From assembly GCA_017403345.1 (NCBI GenBank), contig JAFQOH010000025.1, forward strand, positions 25,602-89,601: DNA of 64,000 nt. The letters are read 5' to 3'. The notes beneath the pieces were generated by a model. The model worked only from the letters and a program-made list of their open reading frames with translations, made no database searches and had not been told where the DNA came from. Positions 28,904 through 39,125 of this stretch are shown piece after piece. Within the stretch, counting starts at the first letter, position 1. Each line of letters opens with the position of its first letter. Both the position numbers and the translations under genes were made by a program. This DNA is from Thermoguttaceae bacterium (GTDB taxonomy: Bacteria > Planctomycetota > Planctomycetia > Pirellulales > Thermoguttaceae).

Positions 28904-30103
28904 TTATTCGGCTTCTTTTCCTGTTTCTTTCACAGTTTCTTTGACGTCATCTTCACCAAGCGACTGAATGTAGTCTTTGATCCGCTTGAAAAAACCTTTT
29001 CTCTGCGGTGAAACATTTACCTGCTCCAGTTCTGCCAGTTTCCGAAGAAGCGTTTCCTGCTCTGCCGTAATTGTACGCGGAACTTCAATGTTCACGACGA
29101 GCAGGATATCGCCGCGATTATTAGGACGCTTACGGTCAGGAAGCCCTTTGCCCTTCAAGGTGAAAATATCACCGGTCTGCGTTCCTGCAGGAAGTTTGAA
29201 ATCCTGATGCCCGTCCAAAAGCGGCACATCAAGCGTCGCGCCAAGTGCTGCCTGCGAGTAGGAGATCGGAACCTTGCAGATGAGGTCTTTCCCTTCGACC
29301 TGGAAAACCGGATGATCCTTGAATCGGACCTGAATGTAGCAGTCACCCGGTTCTCCACCGGCAGGACTGCGGGATCCTTCTTCCACAAGACGGATCTGCT
29401 CACGCTCTTCGATCCCGGCAGGAATTGAAACTTCAATGTCTTTGACGTCGTCGAAAAGTCCAGAACCACGGCAGACCGTACAGGGCTGGCGGATGACTTT
29501 TCCTGCACCATGACAGGACGGGCAAGTCGTCTGCATGCGAATAAACCCCGCATTCTGCATCACGACACCGCGTCCGCCGCAGTAGGAGCATTGCTCCGGG
29601 ACGGTCCCGGCTTTCGCCCCCGTACCGTGACAGGTCGTGCAAACTTCTTTTCTGCGAACACGCACCAGCTTCTTCACGCCGGAAGCGACCTCGCGAAGAT
29701 CCAGTTCCACGACACTCCGCACGTCTTCACCGCGGGGGACACGAGTTCCGCGAGCTCCTCTTCGGCCTCCGCCAAAGATCTCGCTGAAAATGTCGCCAAA
29801 ACCGCCCATTCCGCTGAAGGCCTCAAAAATGTCATTAATATCGTTAAATTGCGGACCACCGCCGGGCATTCTATTAACGCCCTGATGCCCGTATCGGTCG
29901 TAAGCCGCACGTTTTTCGTCATTATTCAGAACGTCAAAAGCCTCGGACGCTTCCTTAAATTTCTCAACCGCCTCTTCATTTCCGGGATTGCGGTCCGGAT
30001 GGTACTTCAGCGCCAATTTGCGGTATGCCGCGGCAATGTCGTGTTTATTTGCATTTCGGTCGATACCGAGAACTTCGTAGTAGTCGCGTTTGCTGTCTGC
30101 CAT
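28904..30103 (-). CDS. dnaJ: Molecular chaperone DnaJ
   Basis: J domain DYYEVLGIDRNANKHDIAAAYRKLALKYHPDRNPG, a G/F region and four CxxCxGxG zinc motifs (CTTCHGTG, CSYCGGRG, CPSCHGAG, CTVCRGSG). Confidence 0.9.
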   Translation of the reverse strand: MADSKRDYYEVLGIDRNANKHDIAAAYRKLALKYHPDRNPGNEEAVEKFKEASEAFDVLNNDEKRAAYDRYGHQGVNRMPGGGPQFNDINDIFEAFSGMGGFGDIFSEIFGGGRRGARGTRVPRGEDVRSVVELDLREVASGVKKLVRVRRKEVCTTCHGTGAKAGTVPEQCSYCGGRGVVMQNAGFIRMQTTCPSCHGAGKVIRQPCTVCRGSGLFDDVKDIEVSIPAGIEEREQIRLVEEGSRSPAGGEPGDCYIQVRFKDHPVFQVEGKDLICKVPISYSQAALGATLDVPLLDGHQDFKLPAGTQTGDIFTLKGKGLPDRKRPNNRGDILLVVNIEVPRTITAEQETLLRKLAELEQVNVSPQRKGFFKRIKDYIQSLGEDDVKETVKETGKEAE

Positions 30104-30204
30104 AATCTGCATCTCCCCCGGCCCGTACTAAATCAGACGTTCCGAAAAAGAAAAAAAAAGTATTTTGAAAATTTGACCGTGACGGCCCCAGTTCCGCTTC
30201 CGTC

Positions 30205-30245
30205 TCCGAAAACCGAAATCCACGACCCGAGGAACGGATCGTGGA
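30205..30245 (-). terminator. Terminator candidate after groEL1
   Basis: Plus-strand tccacga-c-ccg-aggaa-cgg-a-tcgtgga (10 paired positions). On the minus strand it is followed by tttcggttttcgg. Confidence 0.45.
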
Positions 30246-30383
30246 CGGCGGGAGCTCTAAAATTGCGGTTTCAAGACCAAAATCACAAAAAACACAGTCG
30301 TTCAAAAGGAACCGGCCCAAGAACAGACCGATTCCATTGTGATCATCCAGGGGCTTCAGCCGAAACCGAAGTCCCCGCCCAAT

Positions 30384-32003
30384 TTAGCGGACCGCGCCTT
30401 CTGCAGCCGCCTTTTTCTTGTCTTCTTTGTCGAAATCGGTGACCATCGTCTCCGTCATCAGCATCATGCCGGCGATACTCGCAGCATTCGCCAGAGAAGT
30501 ACGGACGACTTTCAGAGGATCGATGATCCCGGCCTCGAACATGTTGACGTACTCGCCCGTCGCGGCATTGTAGCCCATTTCGGGTTCCATTTCGCTCACG
30601 ATGTCCGCGACGACCGTTCCGTCTTCGCCGCCATTGTTCACGATCTGGACCATCGGCTTGCTCAGGCAGCGCAGAATGATGTCCACACCGATCTTTTCAT
30701 CACCGCGGGCAGAAGTGCGAGCCTTTTCGATTGCACTGCGGCAGTGAAGAAGAGCGACTCCGCCGCCCGGGAGGATGCCTTCTTCAGCAGCAGCGCGTGT
30801 TGCATGGAGAGCGTCTTCGATACGGGCTTTTTTCTGCTTCATTTCCGCTTCGGTGCTCGCACCGACCTGGATGACCGCGATGCCGCCGGAGAGTTTCGCC
30901 AGACGTTCCTGGTATTTCTCACGGTCGTAGTTGCTCTCGGTCTTCTCGATCATGTCGCGCAGCTGATCGATGCGCTTTTTGATGGAATCTTTCGTTCCGC
31001 CGCCGTCCACGATGGTGATATTATCCTTCGTGACGGTGACCTGCTTGGCCGAACCGAGCATCGTGAGGTCCACGTTCTCAAGTTTGATCCCGAGATCTTC
31101 ACTGACGACCTGCCCGCCGGTGAGGATCGCGATATCCTGAAGCATCGCCTTACGCCGGTCGCCGAAGCCCGGGGCTTTGACGGCACAGACGCGCATGCTG
31201 CCGCGCAGAGTGTTCACGACCAGAGCGGTGAGCGCTTCCCCTTCGATGTCTTCCGCGACGATGAGCAGCGGTTTGCCCGTCGGGATGACTTTCTCAAGGA
31301 GCGGGATCAGCTCGCGCAGATTGTTGATCTTCTTCTCGTGAAGCAGGATGATTGCGTTCTCGAAATAACAGTCAGCCGTATCAGGACGATTCATGAAGTA
31401 CGGGGAGAGGAAACCTTTGTCGAACTGCATACCCTCGACCACGGTGTAGGTCGTTTCAGCAGTTTTTCCCTCTTCGACCGTGATGACGCCGTCGTTTCCA
31501 GCGGCTTCCATCGCATCGGCGAGAAGATTTCCGATCTCATTGTCGTTATTCGAGGAAATGGCGCCGACCTGCGCGATCTCTTCTTTCGTCGTGACCTGTT
31601 TGGCCATACCGACCAGAGCGTCCACCGCAGCTTCCACCGCAATGTCGATCCCGCGGCGGATACCAGCCGGATTGCTGCCTGCGATGATGTTGCGGAGACC
31701 TTCGCGGAAAATTTCGCGAGCCAGGACCGTCGCAGTAGTCGTTCCGTCACCGGCGGTGCTGGAGGTCTTCTGCGCGACTTCATTCACGAGCTTGGCACCC
31801 ATGTTTTCGAAACGGTCTTCCAGCTCGATCTCCTGTGCCACGGTAGCGCCGTCTTTCGTGACAGCCGGTCCGCCGTAGGCTTTGTTGATGATCACATTAC
31901 GGCCGCGCGGTCCCATCGTCACAGCAACGGCGTCGGCCAGTTTTTCCACACCGCGAAGCATACGCTGACGCGCGGAATCGGCAAAAAGTAATTGTTTGGA
32001 CAC
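30384..32003 (-). CDS. groL: Chaperonin GroEL, copy 1 (no GGM tail)
   Basis: Full-length Cpn60 ([31 protein letters not shown]). The C-terminus is [15 protein letters not shown] instead of a Gly-Met repeat. Confidence 0.95.
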   Translation of the reverse strand: MSKQLLFADSARQRMLRGVEKLADAVAVTMGPRGRNVIINKAYGGPAVTKDGATVAQEIELEDRFENMGAKLVNEVAQKTSSTAGDGTTTATVLAREIFREGLRNIIAGSNPAGIRRGIDIAVEAAVDALVGMAKQVTTKEEIAQVGAISSNNDNEIGNLLADAMEAAGNDGVITVEEGKTAETTYTVVEGMQFDKGFLSPYFMNRPDTADCYFENAIILLHEKKINNLRELIPLLEKVIPTGKPLLIVAEDIEGEALTALVVNTLRGSMRVCAVKAPGFGDRRKAMLQDIAILTGGQVVSEDLGIKLENVDLTMLGSAKQVTVTKDNITIVDGGGTKDSIKKRIDQLRDMIEKTESNYDREKYQERLAKLSGGIAVIQVGASTEAEMKQKKARIEDALHATRAAAEEGILPGGGVALLHCRSAIEKARTSARGDEKIGVDIILRCLSKPMVQIVNNGGEDGTVVADIVSEMEPEMGYNAATGEYVNMFEAGIIDPLKVVRTSLANAASIAGMMLMTETMVTDFDKEDKKKAAAEGAVR

Positions 32004-32063
32004 GGTAGTGATTCCTTTTCTTTTTCTATGTTCGGTTATTCAAACGCGGAATGCCGTCCGGAT

Positions 32064-32366
32064 CTACTTCAGGATCTTAGCCAGAACGTCACTTTCACGG
32101 AGGATCTTGTACTCTTCACCGGCGACTTCGATGTCGCTTCCGGAGTATTTTCCGTAGATGACTTCATCACCGACAGCAACTGCCATCGTACCGCGCGTGC
32201 CGTTCTCGAGGAGTTTGCCCGGGCCGGCTGCCACGACGGTACCGCGCTGCGGTTTCTCTTTCGCACTATCGGGAAGGACGATGCCGCCGGCGGTCATCTG
32301 TTCCGCTTCCAGGGGTTTCACGACGATACGGTCATCCAGGGGACGAAGATTTGCGTTCATGTTCAT
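32064..32366 (-). CDS. groES: Co-chaperonin GroES
   Basis: 100 aa. [44 protein letters not shown]. Confidence 0.95.
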   Translation of the reverse strand: MNMNANLRPLDDRIVVKPLEAEQMTAGGIVLPDSAKEKPQRGTVVAAGPGKLLENGTRGTMAVAVGDEVIYGKYSGSDIEVAGEEYKILRESDVLAKILK

Positions 32367-32486
32367 TTTCCTTTTATTTTAATTTTTGATTTTTTCGTAA
32401 CTTGGACCCGGCCTGAAAACCGGACTTTTCGGCACGCCCCGCCATTAGAGAGTGAGGCGCACCCCGTTTTCCTTACTCGGAAACGA

Positions 32487-34157
32487 TTACATCATTCCCA
32501 TTCCGGGCATTCCGCCCATTCCGCCCATGCCTCCCATTCCGGGCGCGCCGCCTGCCGGAGGTTCCGGAGTGTCGACCGGGATGTTCGTGATGACGCAGGA
32601 CGTCGTCAGAAGCAGACCCGCGACGCTCGCCGCGTTGGTCAGAGCCGTGCAGACCACTTTCGCCGGATCGATGACACCGGCTTCCACCAGGTCGCAGTAT
32701 TTGTTCTTGTCAGCATCGTAGCCTTCCGTCGCACCAGTCATGCGCATGACACGGTTCACGACGACCGCACCGTCGATCCCGGCGTTCTTGGCGATCTCGC
32801 GGAGCGGGACCTGAAGAGCACGCTTCACGACGACGGCTCCCAGAGCTTCATCGCCTTCAAGTTCCAGAGAATCGACCGCCGTGCTGCAGCGGATCAGAGC
32901 CACGCCGCCGCCCGGAACGATACCTTTTTCGAGAGCGGCCGCAGTCGCAGCTTTCGCATCGTCGAGGAGGTACTTCTTTTCCTTCATTTCAGATTCCGTC
33001 GAGGCGCCGCAGAGGATCTTTGCAACACCGCCGGCCAGTTTGGCAAGACGTTCCTGAAGTTTCTCACGGTCGTAGTCGCTCGTTGTGGTCTCGATCTCGG
33101 CACGGATCTGTTCCGCGCGAGCTGCGATGGCTTCTTTGGCTCCGGCGCCGTCGATGATCGTCGTCGTGTCGTTCGAGATAATGACCTTCTTCGCAAAACC
33201 GAGCTGTTCCAGTTCCACAGCTTCCAGCTGGATCCCGAGATCCTTGAAGATCGCCGTTCCGCCTGTCAGGACTGCAATGTCGCCAAGCATCGCCTTACGG
33301 CGGTCACCGTAAGCCGGAGCTTTGACGGCACAGACATTCAGAATACCGCGCAGTTTGTTCACGACCAGCGTCGCAAGGGCTTCCCCCTCAATATCTTCCG
33401 CGATGATGAGCAGCGGCTTATTCGCCTGACTGGCTGCTTCGAGGATCGGAACGAGAGACTGAACCTTGGAGATCTTTTCCTCATAGCAGAGAACGAGGCA
33501 GTTTTCCAGCTCCACCGTCTGGCGATCGTCGTTCGTCACGAAATGGGGGCTGAGGTAACCACGGTCAAACTGCATCCCTTCGGTAAATTCGACATACGTT
33601 TCGGCTCCGCGGCCTTCTTCGACCGTGATGACGCCGTTTTTGCCGACTTTCACGAATGCTTCCGCCAGAACCTTGCCGACTTCCGGGTCATTATTTCCGG
33701 CGATCGACGCGACCTGCGCGATCTCCTTACGGGACTTTTCGTCGACCGGGACCGCCATTTTTTCGATCGCTTCCACAACAGCCGCCGCAGCTTTCAGGAT
33801 ACCGCGCTGGAGAGAGACCGGATTCACACCGCCGGAAGTCACGAAACGCAGACCTTCCGTGTAGATAGCTTCCGACAGTACCGTCGCAGTGGTCGTTCCG
33901 TCGCCCGCGACATCATTCGTCTTGCTCGCAGCTTCTTTCACAAGAAGCGCACCCATATTCTCATTCGCATCATCCAGCGTGATGTCTTTCGCGACCGTGA
34001 CGCCGTCCTTCGTGACTTTCGGAGCGCCCCAGCCTTTATCGAGGACCACATTCCGTCCGCGAGGACCCAGGGTACTGCGGACCGCACGCGCCAGCTTCTG
34101 GACACCTTCCAGAATCGGCTGACGAGCTTCATCTTCAAAAACCATTTGTTTCGCCAC
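32487..34157 (-). CDS. groL: Chaperonin GroEL, copy 2 (canonical GGM tail)
   Basis: Cpn60 motifs ([26 protein letters not shown]). C-terminus [21 protein letters not shown]. Start set at GTG 34157 ([12 protein letters not shown]), 8 nt after AGGAGG. The ORF-track start at 34256 adds a non-homologous extension. Confidence 0.95.
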   Translation of the reverse strand: MAKQMVFEDEARQPILEGVQKLARAVRSTLGPRGRNVVLDKGWGAPKVTKDGVTVAKDITLDDANENMGALLVKEAASKTNDVAGDGTTTATVLSEAIYTEGLRFVTSGGVNPVSLQRGILKAAAAVVEAIEKMAVPVDEKSRKEIAQVASIAGNNDPEVGKVLAEAFVKVGKNGVITVEEGRGAETYVEFTEGMQFDRGYLSPHFVTNDDRQTVELENCLVLCYEEKISKVQSLVPILEAASQANKPLLIIAEDIEGEALATLVVNKLRGILNVCAVKAPAYGDRRKAMLGDIAVLTGGTAIFKDLGIQLEAVELEQLGFAKKVIISNDTTTIIDGAGAKEAIAARAEQIRAEIETTTSDYDREKLQERLAKLAGGVAKILCGASTESEMKEKKYLLDDAKAATAAALEKGIVPGGGVALIRCSTAVDSLELEGDEALGAVVVKRALQVPLREIAKNAGIDGAVVVNRVMRMTGATEGYDADKNKYCDLVEAGVIDPAKVVCTALTNAASVAGLLLTTSCVITNIPVDTPEPPAGGAPGMGGMGGMGGMPGMGMM

Positions 34158-34501
34158 TGCGGATTCCTCCTGTTGTTGGCTAAAAAAACTTTCAGGGAAA
34201 AATACTGTCGCCCGTACTCCGGCCTCACCGGAATGCCAGACTCCAAAATTCTTCACAGCCTGACAAATTGGGCAGTTTACAAACTCACCAACAAAAATGC
34301 AAAAAGCGTGTCAATGACAAAATGACAGAAAAAACTCACATTCCAAGACAGAGGGAAATTTAGTTTAAACTAAACACAAAGATGAAACTCAAGCGATGAG
34401 ACAAAATATCAAGATCTAACGTTTTTTGGAGAAAAACTGGAAAAATTTCCCAAAAAAAAGAATCTTTTTTCATTTTATCGATAAAGCTATATTAAAAGCG
34501 C

Positions 34502-34529
34502 TTGACAGAAAAATGGAATGTGGTATACT
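34502..34529 (+). promoter_or_regulatory. Sigma-70-like promoter of the hydrogenase operon
   Basis: TTGACA (34502-34507), 16-nt spacer with an extended -10 TGg, TATACT (34524-34529). Predicts a ~190-nt leader. Confidence 0.5.
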
Positions 34530-34722
34530 AACAAATAAGACAGAGCGTATCGTAGAAGGGCGATGCACACCGTCAGCACACAGTTTTCGTCAGGCATGAA
34601 GATCTGCGGCAAATATGCCCCGCTGAAATGGAAACACCACAGCGGCGCATCCGCAAGTTTCCCCCCGGAAACAAGCCGCAAATTTTTCGCCTTGTTTGGT
34701 TTTTTAGCCACTGGAGTAAAAA

Positions 34723-35235
34723 ATGCAGGAAACGATCGAAAAGACCCAGGAAATGATTGATCATGAAAATGCGATCAAACAGATCTTGGCAAACAACAAC
34801 AACGACCCGAGCCGTCTGATCCCGATTCTTCAGCAGATCCAGGAGATGGACAAATATCTGTCGAAGGAAGCGATCGAACAGGTCGCGGTAGATTTGAATG
34901 TTCCGGTCTCCCACATCTACGGTGTAGCCACATTCTATGCTCACTTTTCGCTGAATCCGAAAGGCAAGCACATCATTCGTCTGTGCGACGGAACTGCGTG
35001 CCACGTGAAGAAGTCGCACGGCATTCTGAACAAACTTTACAGCAAACTCGGTCTGGACAGTGAAAATCACACGACCAAAGACCTGCTTTTCACGATCGAG
35101 ATCGTGAGCTGCCTTGGCGCGTGCGGTCTTGCACCGGTCATGGTTTTGGACGAGCACGTTCACGGTCAGTGCACCCCTGAAAAGGCGGAAGCGCTCATCG
35201 ATGAGATCATCGCTAACGAAAATGCTGCGAACTAA
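34723..35235 (+). CDS. hydC: NuoE-like [2Fe-2S] subunit of NAD(P)-linked [FeFe]-hydrogenase (HydC/HndA)
   Basis: Thioredoxin-like ferredoxin Cys pattern: IRLCDGTACHVKKSHG ... SCLGACGLAPVMVLDE. Confidence 0.9.
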   Translation: MQETIEKTQEMIDHENAIKQILANNNNDPSRLIPILQQIQEMDKYLSKEAIEQVAVDLNVPVSHIYGVATFYAHFSLNPKGKHIIRLCDGTACHVKKSHGILNKLYSKLGLDSENHTTKDLLFTIEIVSCLGACGLAPVMVLDEHVHGQCTPEKAEALIDEIIANENAAN

Positions 35236-35255
35236 AAGAAAAGGAGCAAAACGAA

Positions 35256-37163
35256 ATGAGTAATTTGATTCCGCTTGAACAGCTTGCTGAACAGTTCCAG
35301 ACTTCTACGTCGAAAATCAAACGCCGCATCGTCATCTGCGGCGGTACCGGCTGTATCGCAAACGGCTCGATGCAGGTTCGTGATGCCCTCATCGAAGAAC
35401 TGAAAAAAGTTGGCGAAGACGTCACCGTTGAAATCGCCGACGGCGATCTGGATCACCCGTTCGAAGGCACCTACGTCTCCAAGTCCGGCTGCCAGGGCTT
35501 CTGCCAGATGGGCCCGCTTATGCGTATTGAGCCGGAAGGAATTTTCTACACGAAAGTGAAACCGGAAGATGCAGCCGACATCGTTCAGAAAACGCTCATG
35601 AACGGTGAACTTCTCGAACGTCTTGCCTACGTCGATCCCGCGACGAAAAAGGCCTGCATGAAGGAAGATGAGATCGGTTTCTATACCGAACAGTACCGCA
35701 TCTGCCTGAAAGACTGCACGATCGAACCGGAAAACGTGCGTGAATACGTCGCCTGCGGCGGTTACCTTGGCGCCCGCAAGGCGATCACGACGATGACCCC
35801 GGCCGAAATTTGCGAAGAAGTCCTGAAATCCGGCCTTCGCGGACGCGGCGGAGGCGGTTTCTCCACCGGTCTGAAATGGAAGTTCACTCTGAATTCCGCC
35901 AATAAAGACCCGAAACGCTACGTCATCTGCAACGGCGACGAAGGCGACCCGGGCGCGTTCATGGACCGTTCCGTCATGGAAGGCAATCCGCACTCTGTGC
36001 TTGAAGGCATGATGATCGCCGGTAAAGCGATCGGTGCTGACGAAGGCGTCGTTTACGTCCGTGCGGAATACCCGCTGGCCGTCGCCCGTATGCGCCGTGC
36101 GGTAGAAGATGCCGAAAAATTCGGTCTCCTCGGCGACAATCTGTTCGGAACCGACTTCTCCTTCCGCATCCGCATCATGGAAGGCGCCGGCGCGTTCGTC
36201 TGCGGTGAAGAAACCGCTCTGATGCGTTCGGTCGAAGGCAACCGCGGCATGCCGATGCCGAAACCGCCGTTCCCGGCCGTTTCCGGTCTTTATGGCAAAC
36301 CGACCGTCATCAACAACGTGGAAACGCTCGCTTCCGTTCCGTACATTCTCCGCGAAGGCGCTGAAAAATACGCTTCCGTCGGTACGGCAAAATCCCCGGG
36401 AACGAAAACGTTCGCCCTCACCGGTCACGTTGCGAATACGGGTCTGATCGAAGTTCCGTGCGGCACAACGCTCCGCCACATCGTCTACGACATCGGCGGC
36501 GGTACGATCGATAATGACGGCAAAATCACCGGCGAAGACTTCAAATCCGTCCAGATCGGCGGTCCGTCCGGCGGATGCCTCACTCCGGATATGCTCGACA
36601 TGCCGCTTGATTTTGACTCTCTGCAGAAAGTCGGCGCGATCGTCGGTTCCGGCGGTCTGGTGGTCATGAACAACCAGACGTGTATGGTCAAAGTCGCCCG
36701 CTTCTTCATGCAGTTCACCCAGAACGAATCCTGCGGTAAATGCACGCCGTGCCGTGAAGGAACGAAACAACTCCTCTCGCTGCTCGACGACATCATCGAA
36801 GGCCGCGGCACGCTTGAGACTCTGGATCTCCTTGAAGAGACCGCGAAAGCCGTCCAGCTCGGTTCGCTGTGCGCCCTTGGCAAAACGGCTCCGAACCCGG
36901 TCCTTTCCACCCTGCGTTACTTCCGCGACGAGTACGTTTCGCACGTCGTGGACAAGATCTGCCCGACCGGCGAATGCTCGGCACTGGCCCGTCCGGAGAT
37001 CGATCCTGAAAAATGCAAAGGCTGCACACTCTGCTCGAAACGTTGCCCGGTCGGTGCGATCACGGGTACGGTCCGCGAACCGCATGTCATTGATGCCAAC
37101 AAATGCATCAAGTGCGGTGCCTGCAAAACGGCCTGCAAATTTGGCGCAGTCAAAGGTATCTGA
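35256..37163 (+). CDS. hydB: NuoF-like flavoprotein subunit of [FeFe]-hydrogenase (HydB/HndC)
   Basis: N-terminal [2Fe-2S] domain (ICGGTGC...GCQGFC). FMN/NADH site GLRGRGGGGFSTGLKW and GDEGDPGAFMDR. N3 cluster ESCGKCTPCREG. Two C-terminal 4Fe-4S motifs (CKGCTLCSKRCP, CIKCGACKTAC). Confidence 0.9.
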   Translation: MSNLIPLEQLAEQFQTSTSKIKRRIVICGGTGCIANGSMQVRDALIEELKKVGEDVTVEIADGDLDHPFEGTYVSKSGCQGFCQMGPLMRIEPEGIFYTKVKPEDAADIVQKTLMNGELLERLAYVDPATKKACMKEDEIGFYTEQYRICLKDCTIEPENVREYVACGGYLGARKAITTMTPAEICEEVLKSGLRGRGGGGFSTGLKWKFTLNSANKDPKRYVICNGDEGDPGAFMDRSVMEGNPHSVLEGMMIAGKAIGADEGVVYVRAEYPLAVARMRRAVEDAEKFGLLGDNLFGTDFSFRIRIMEGAGAFVCGEETALMRSVEGNRGMPMPKPPFPAVSGLYGKPTVINNVETLASVPYILREGAEKYASVGTAKSPGTKTFALTGHVANTGLIEVPCGTTLRHIVYDIGGGTIDNDGKITGEDFKSVQIGGPSGGCLTPDMLDMPLDFDSLQKVGAIVGSGGLVVMNNQTCMVKVARFFMQFTQNESCGKCTPCREGTKQLLSLLDDIIEGRGTLETLDLLEETAKAVQLGSLCALGKTAPNPVLSTLRYFRDEYVSHVVDKICPTGECSALARPEIDPEKCKGCTLCSKRCPVGAITGTVREPHVIDANKCIKCGACKTACKFGAVKGI

Positions 37164-37208
37164 GGTTGAAATACCGAAACGGTTTAAGATAAAAGGAGTA
37201 AAATCAAT

Positions 37209-38978
37209 ATGTCCGATGTGAAAAAATTGACCGTCAACGGTATTGAAATCGAATTCACTACCGAACGCAATATTCTCGAAGTCGCACGCAAAGCCGGCAT
37301 CAACATCCCGACTTTCTGCTACAAATCCGATTTGAGCATCTACGGAGCCTGCCGTATGTGCGTCTGCGAAGTTGGCATGCCCGGCCCAGACGGAAGCGTC
37401 CGTACGATGCTGATGGCGGCCTGCTCCACGGCTCCGGCGAACGGCATGATCGTGAAGACGGATACGAAAGACATCCGCCAGATGCGTAAAGTCGCCGTGG
37501 AACTTCTTCTGGCGAACCACACGGTGGACTGCCCGAACTGTGTCCGCAGCGCGGACTGTGAGCTTCAGGACGTCGCCCGCCGTCTTGGCGTCAACACGGT
37601 GCGCTACACCGCGAAACGCAATATCGAAGAGATCGACGAATCCAGCCCGTCTATCGTTCGTGACCCGAATAAGTGCATCCTCTGCGGTAACTGTGTCCGC
37701 GTGTGCAGCGAGCTTCAGGGCGTTCACGCCATCGATTTCCAGCGCCGCGGCTCCAACGCCAAAGTTGCTCCGGCTTTCGACGGCAAACTCGCCGACAGTG
37801 CCTGCGTGAACTGTGGTCAGTGCGCTGCGGTCTGCCCGACCGGTGCGATCACGGTGAAACAGGACATCCAGAAGGTCTGGGATGCGCTTTACGATTCCAC
37901 GAAAACGGTTGCGGTCCAAATCGCTCCGGCGGTCCGTATGGCCCTTGGCGAAGAATTCAAACTTCCGGCCGGCACGAACGTTGAAGGCAAAATGGTCGCT
38001 GCTCTGAAACTCATGGGCTTCAAGCACGTCTACGACACGAACTTCACCGCTGACCTCACGATTTGGGAAGAAGCGACGGAATTCAAAACTCGCGTTCTGA
38101 ACGGCGGCACGCTCCCAATGTTCACCAGCTGCTGCCCGGCCTGGGTCAAGTACGCGGAAACGTTCTGCCCGGATATGCTTCCGAATCTTTCCACCTGCCG
38201 TTCGCCGCAGGCGATGTTTGGTTCTGTCGCGAAGAAAATGCTTCCGGCCGAACTGGGCTGCGAGCAGAAAGACCTCTTCCTCGTTTCCATTATGCCGTGC
38301 ACAGCCAAGAAGATGGAAGCCGGACTGGACAAATTCATGGAAGAAGACGGCACGCCGGAAAACGACGCGGTCATCACGACTTCCGAACTTGCCCGCATGA
38401 TCAAATCGATGGGCATCGACTTTGCCGCTCTGGAGCCGGCCGAATTTGACAAACCGCTCGGATTCGGTACTTCCGCAGGTCTCATCTTCGGTACTTCCGG
38501 CGGTGTGATGGAAGCTGCTCTTCGTTACGCTTACGAAGACCTGACCGGCACGAAACTGCAGGACCTCAACTTCACGGCCGTCCGCGGTATGGACGAACTG
38601 AAGATGGCCTCCGTCACGCTGAATGTCGGCGGAAATGACGTCACGATCAATGTCGCGGTCGTCTACGGTCTGAAGAAAGCCGGTGAACTGGTCCAGAAGA
38701 TCAAGGCTGGCGAGATCGACGTCCAGTTCGTCGAAGTCATGGCCTGCCCGGGCGGATGCATCTCCGGTGCTGGTCAGCCGATCGGTGCGAACCGTGAGAA
38801 ACGCGTTGCCCGTCAGGATGGGACCTATGCTTCTGACGCGGCCGCTGCCGTTCGGAAGTCGCAGGACAACCAGACGGTCGCTGACTGCTACGAATCGATG
38901 CTCGGCGGCACTCCGAACTCTCACGAAGCGCACCACATGCTCCACACGATCTACCAGATCCGTGACATCGTGAAGTAA
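37209..38978 (+). CDS. hydA: [FeFe]-hydrogenase catalytic subunit (H-cluster)
   Basis: N-terminal 2Fe-2S and 4Fe-4S domains (CRMCVCEV, CILCGNCVRVC, CVNCGQCAAVCP). H-cluster motifs FTSCCPAWV, MPCTAKKME, EVMACPGGCISGAGQP. Confidence 0.9.
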   Translation: MSDVKKLTVNGIEIEFTTERNILEVARKAGINIPTFCYKSDLSIYGACRMCVCEVGMPGPDGSVRTMLMAACSTAPANGMIVKTDTKDIRQMRKVAVELLLANHTVDCPNCVRSADCELQDVARRLGVNTVRYTAKRNIEEIDESSPSIVRDPNKCILCGNCVRVCSELQGVHAIDFQRRGSNAKVAPAFDGKLADSACVNCGQCAAVCPTGAITVKQDIQKVWDALYDSTKTVAVQIAPAVRMALGEEFKLPAGTNVEGKMVAALKLMGFKHVYDTNFTADLTIWEEATEFKTRVLNGGTLPMFTSCCPAWVKYAETFCPDMLPNLSTCRSPQAMFGSVAKKMLPAELGCEQKDLFLVSIMPCTAKKMEAGLDKFMEEDGTPENDAVITTSELARMIKSMGIDFAALEPAEFDKPLGFGTSAGLIFGTSGGVMEAALRYAYEDLTGTKLQDLNFTAVRGMDELKMASVTLNVGGNDVTINVAVVYGLKKAGELVQKIKAGEIDVQFVEVMACPGGCISGAGQPIGANREKRVARQDGTYASDAAAAVRKSQDNQTVADCYESMLGGTPNSHEAHHMLHTIYQIRDIVK

Positions 38979-39047
38979 GGACGTCTGACGTCTGCAAAAC
39001 GGTTTGGCACGCAAGTGCTAAGACCAAAGATCAAAAATCAAAGAAAG

Positions 39048-39077
39048 GAAGTATCGCACGGTACTTCCTTTTTTTAT
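39048..39077 (+). terminator. Rho-independent terminator after hydA
   Basis: ggaagta-tcgcacgg-tacttcc followed by ttttttt. Confidence 0.7.
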
Positions 39078-39125
39078 GCCCGTTTTCCCGATCCACTGCA
39101 ACACCCCGTCTGAAACGCATGGAAA

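Noticed and set aside
30339-34325. Two long plus-strand ORFs (550 aa and 777 aa) opposite groEL1, groES and groEL2
   Set aside because: They are antisense to highly conserved chaperonin genes. The translations are R/D/H/F-rich nonsense without motifs. Long antisense frames over chaperone genes are a known codon-bias artefact.
32367-34500. CIRCE (HrcA operator) or sigma-32 promoter upstream of the groE genes
   Set aside because: By-eye search found no TTAGCACTC-N9-GAGTGCTAA match and no CCCTTGAA...CCCCAT pair. The best fragment (ccctgaaag at about 34190) lacks a -10 partner. A formal pattern search is still advisable.
35232-39014. 1260-aa minus-strand ORF spanning the whole hydrogenase operon
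   Set aside because: It lies antisense to three genes with unmistakable NuoE, NuoF and HydA motifs. Its translation is low-complexity (R/A/G/D/F-rich) with no recognisable domain. This is the typical stop-free shadow frame of GC3-biased genes.
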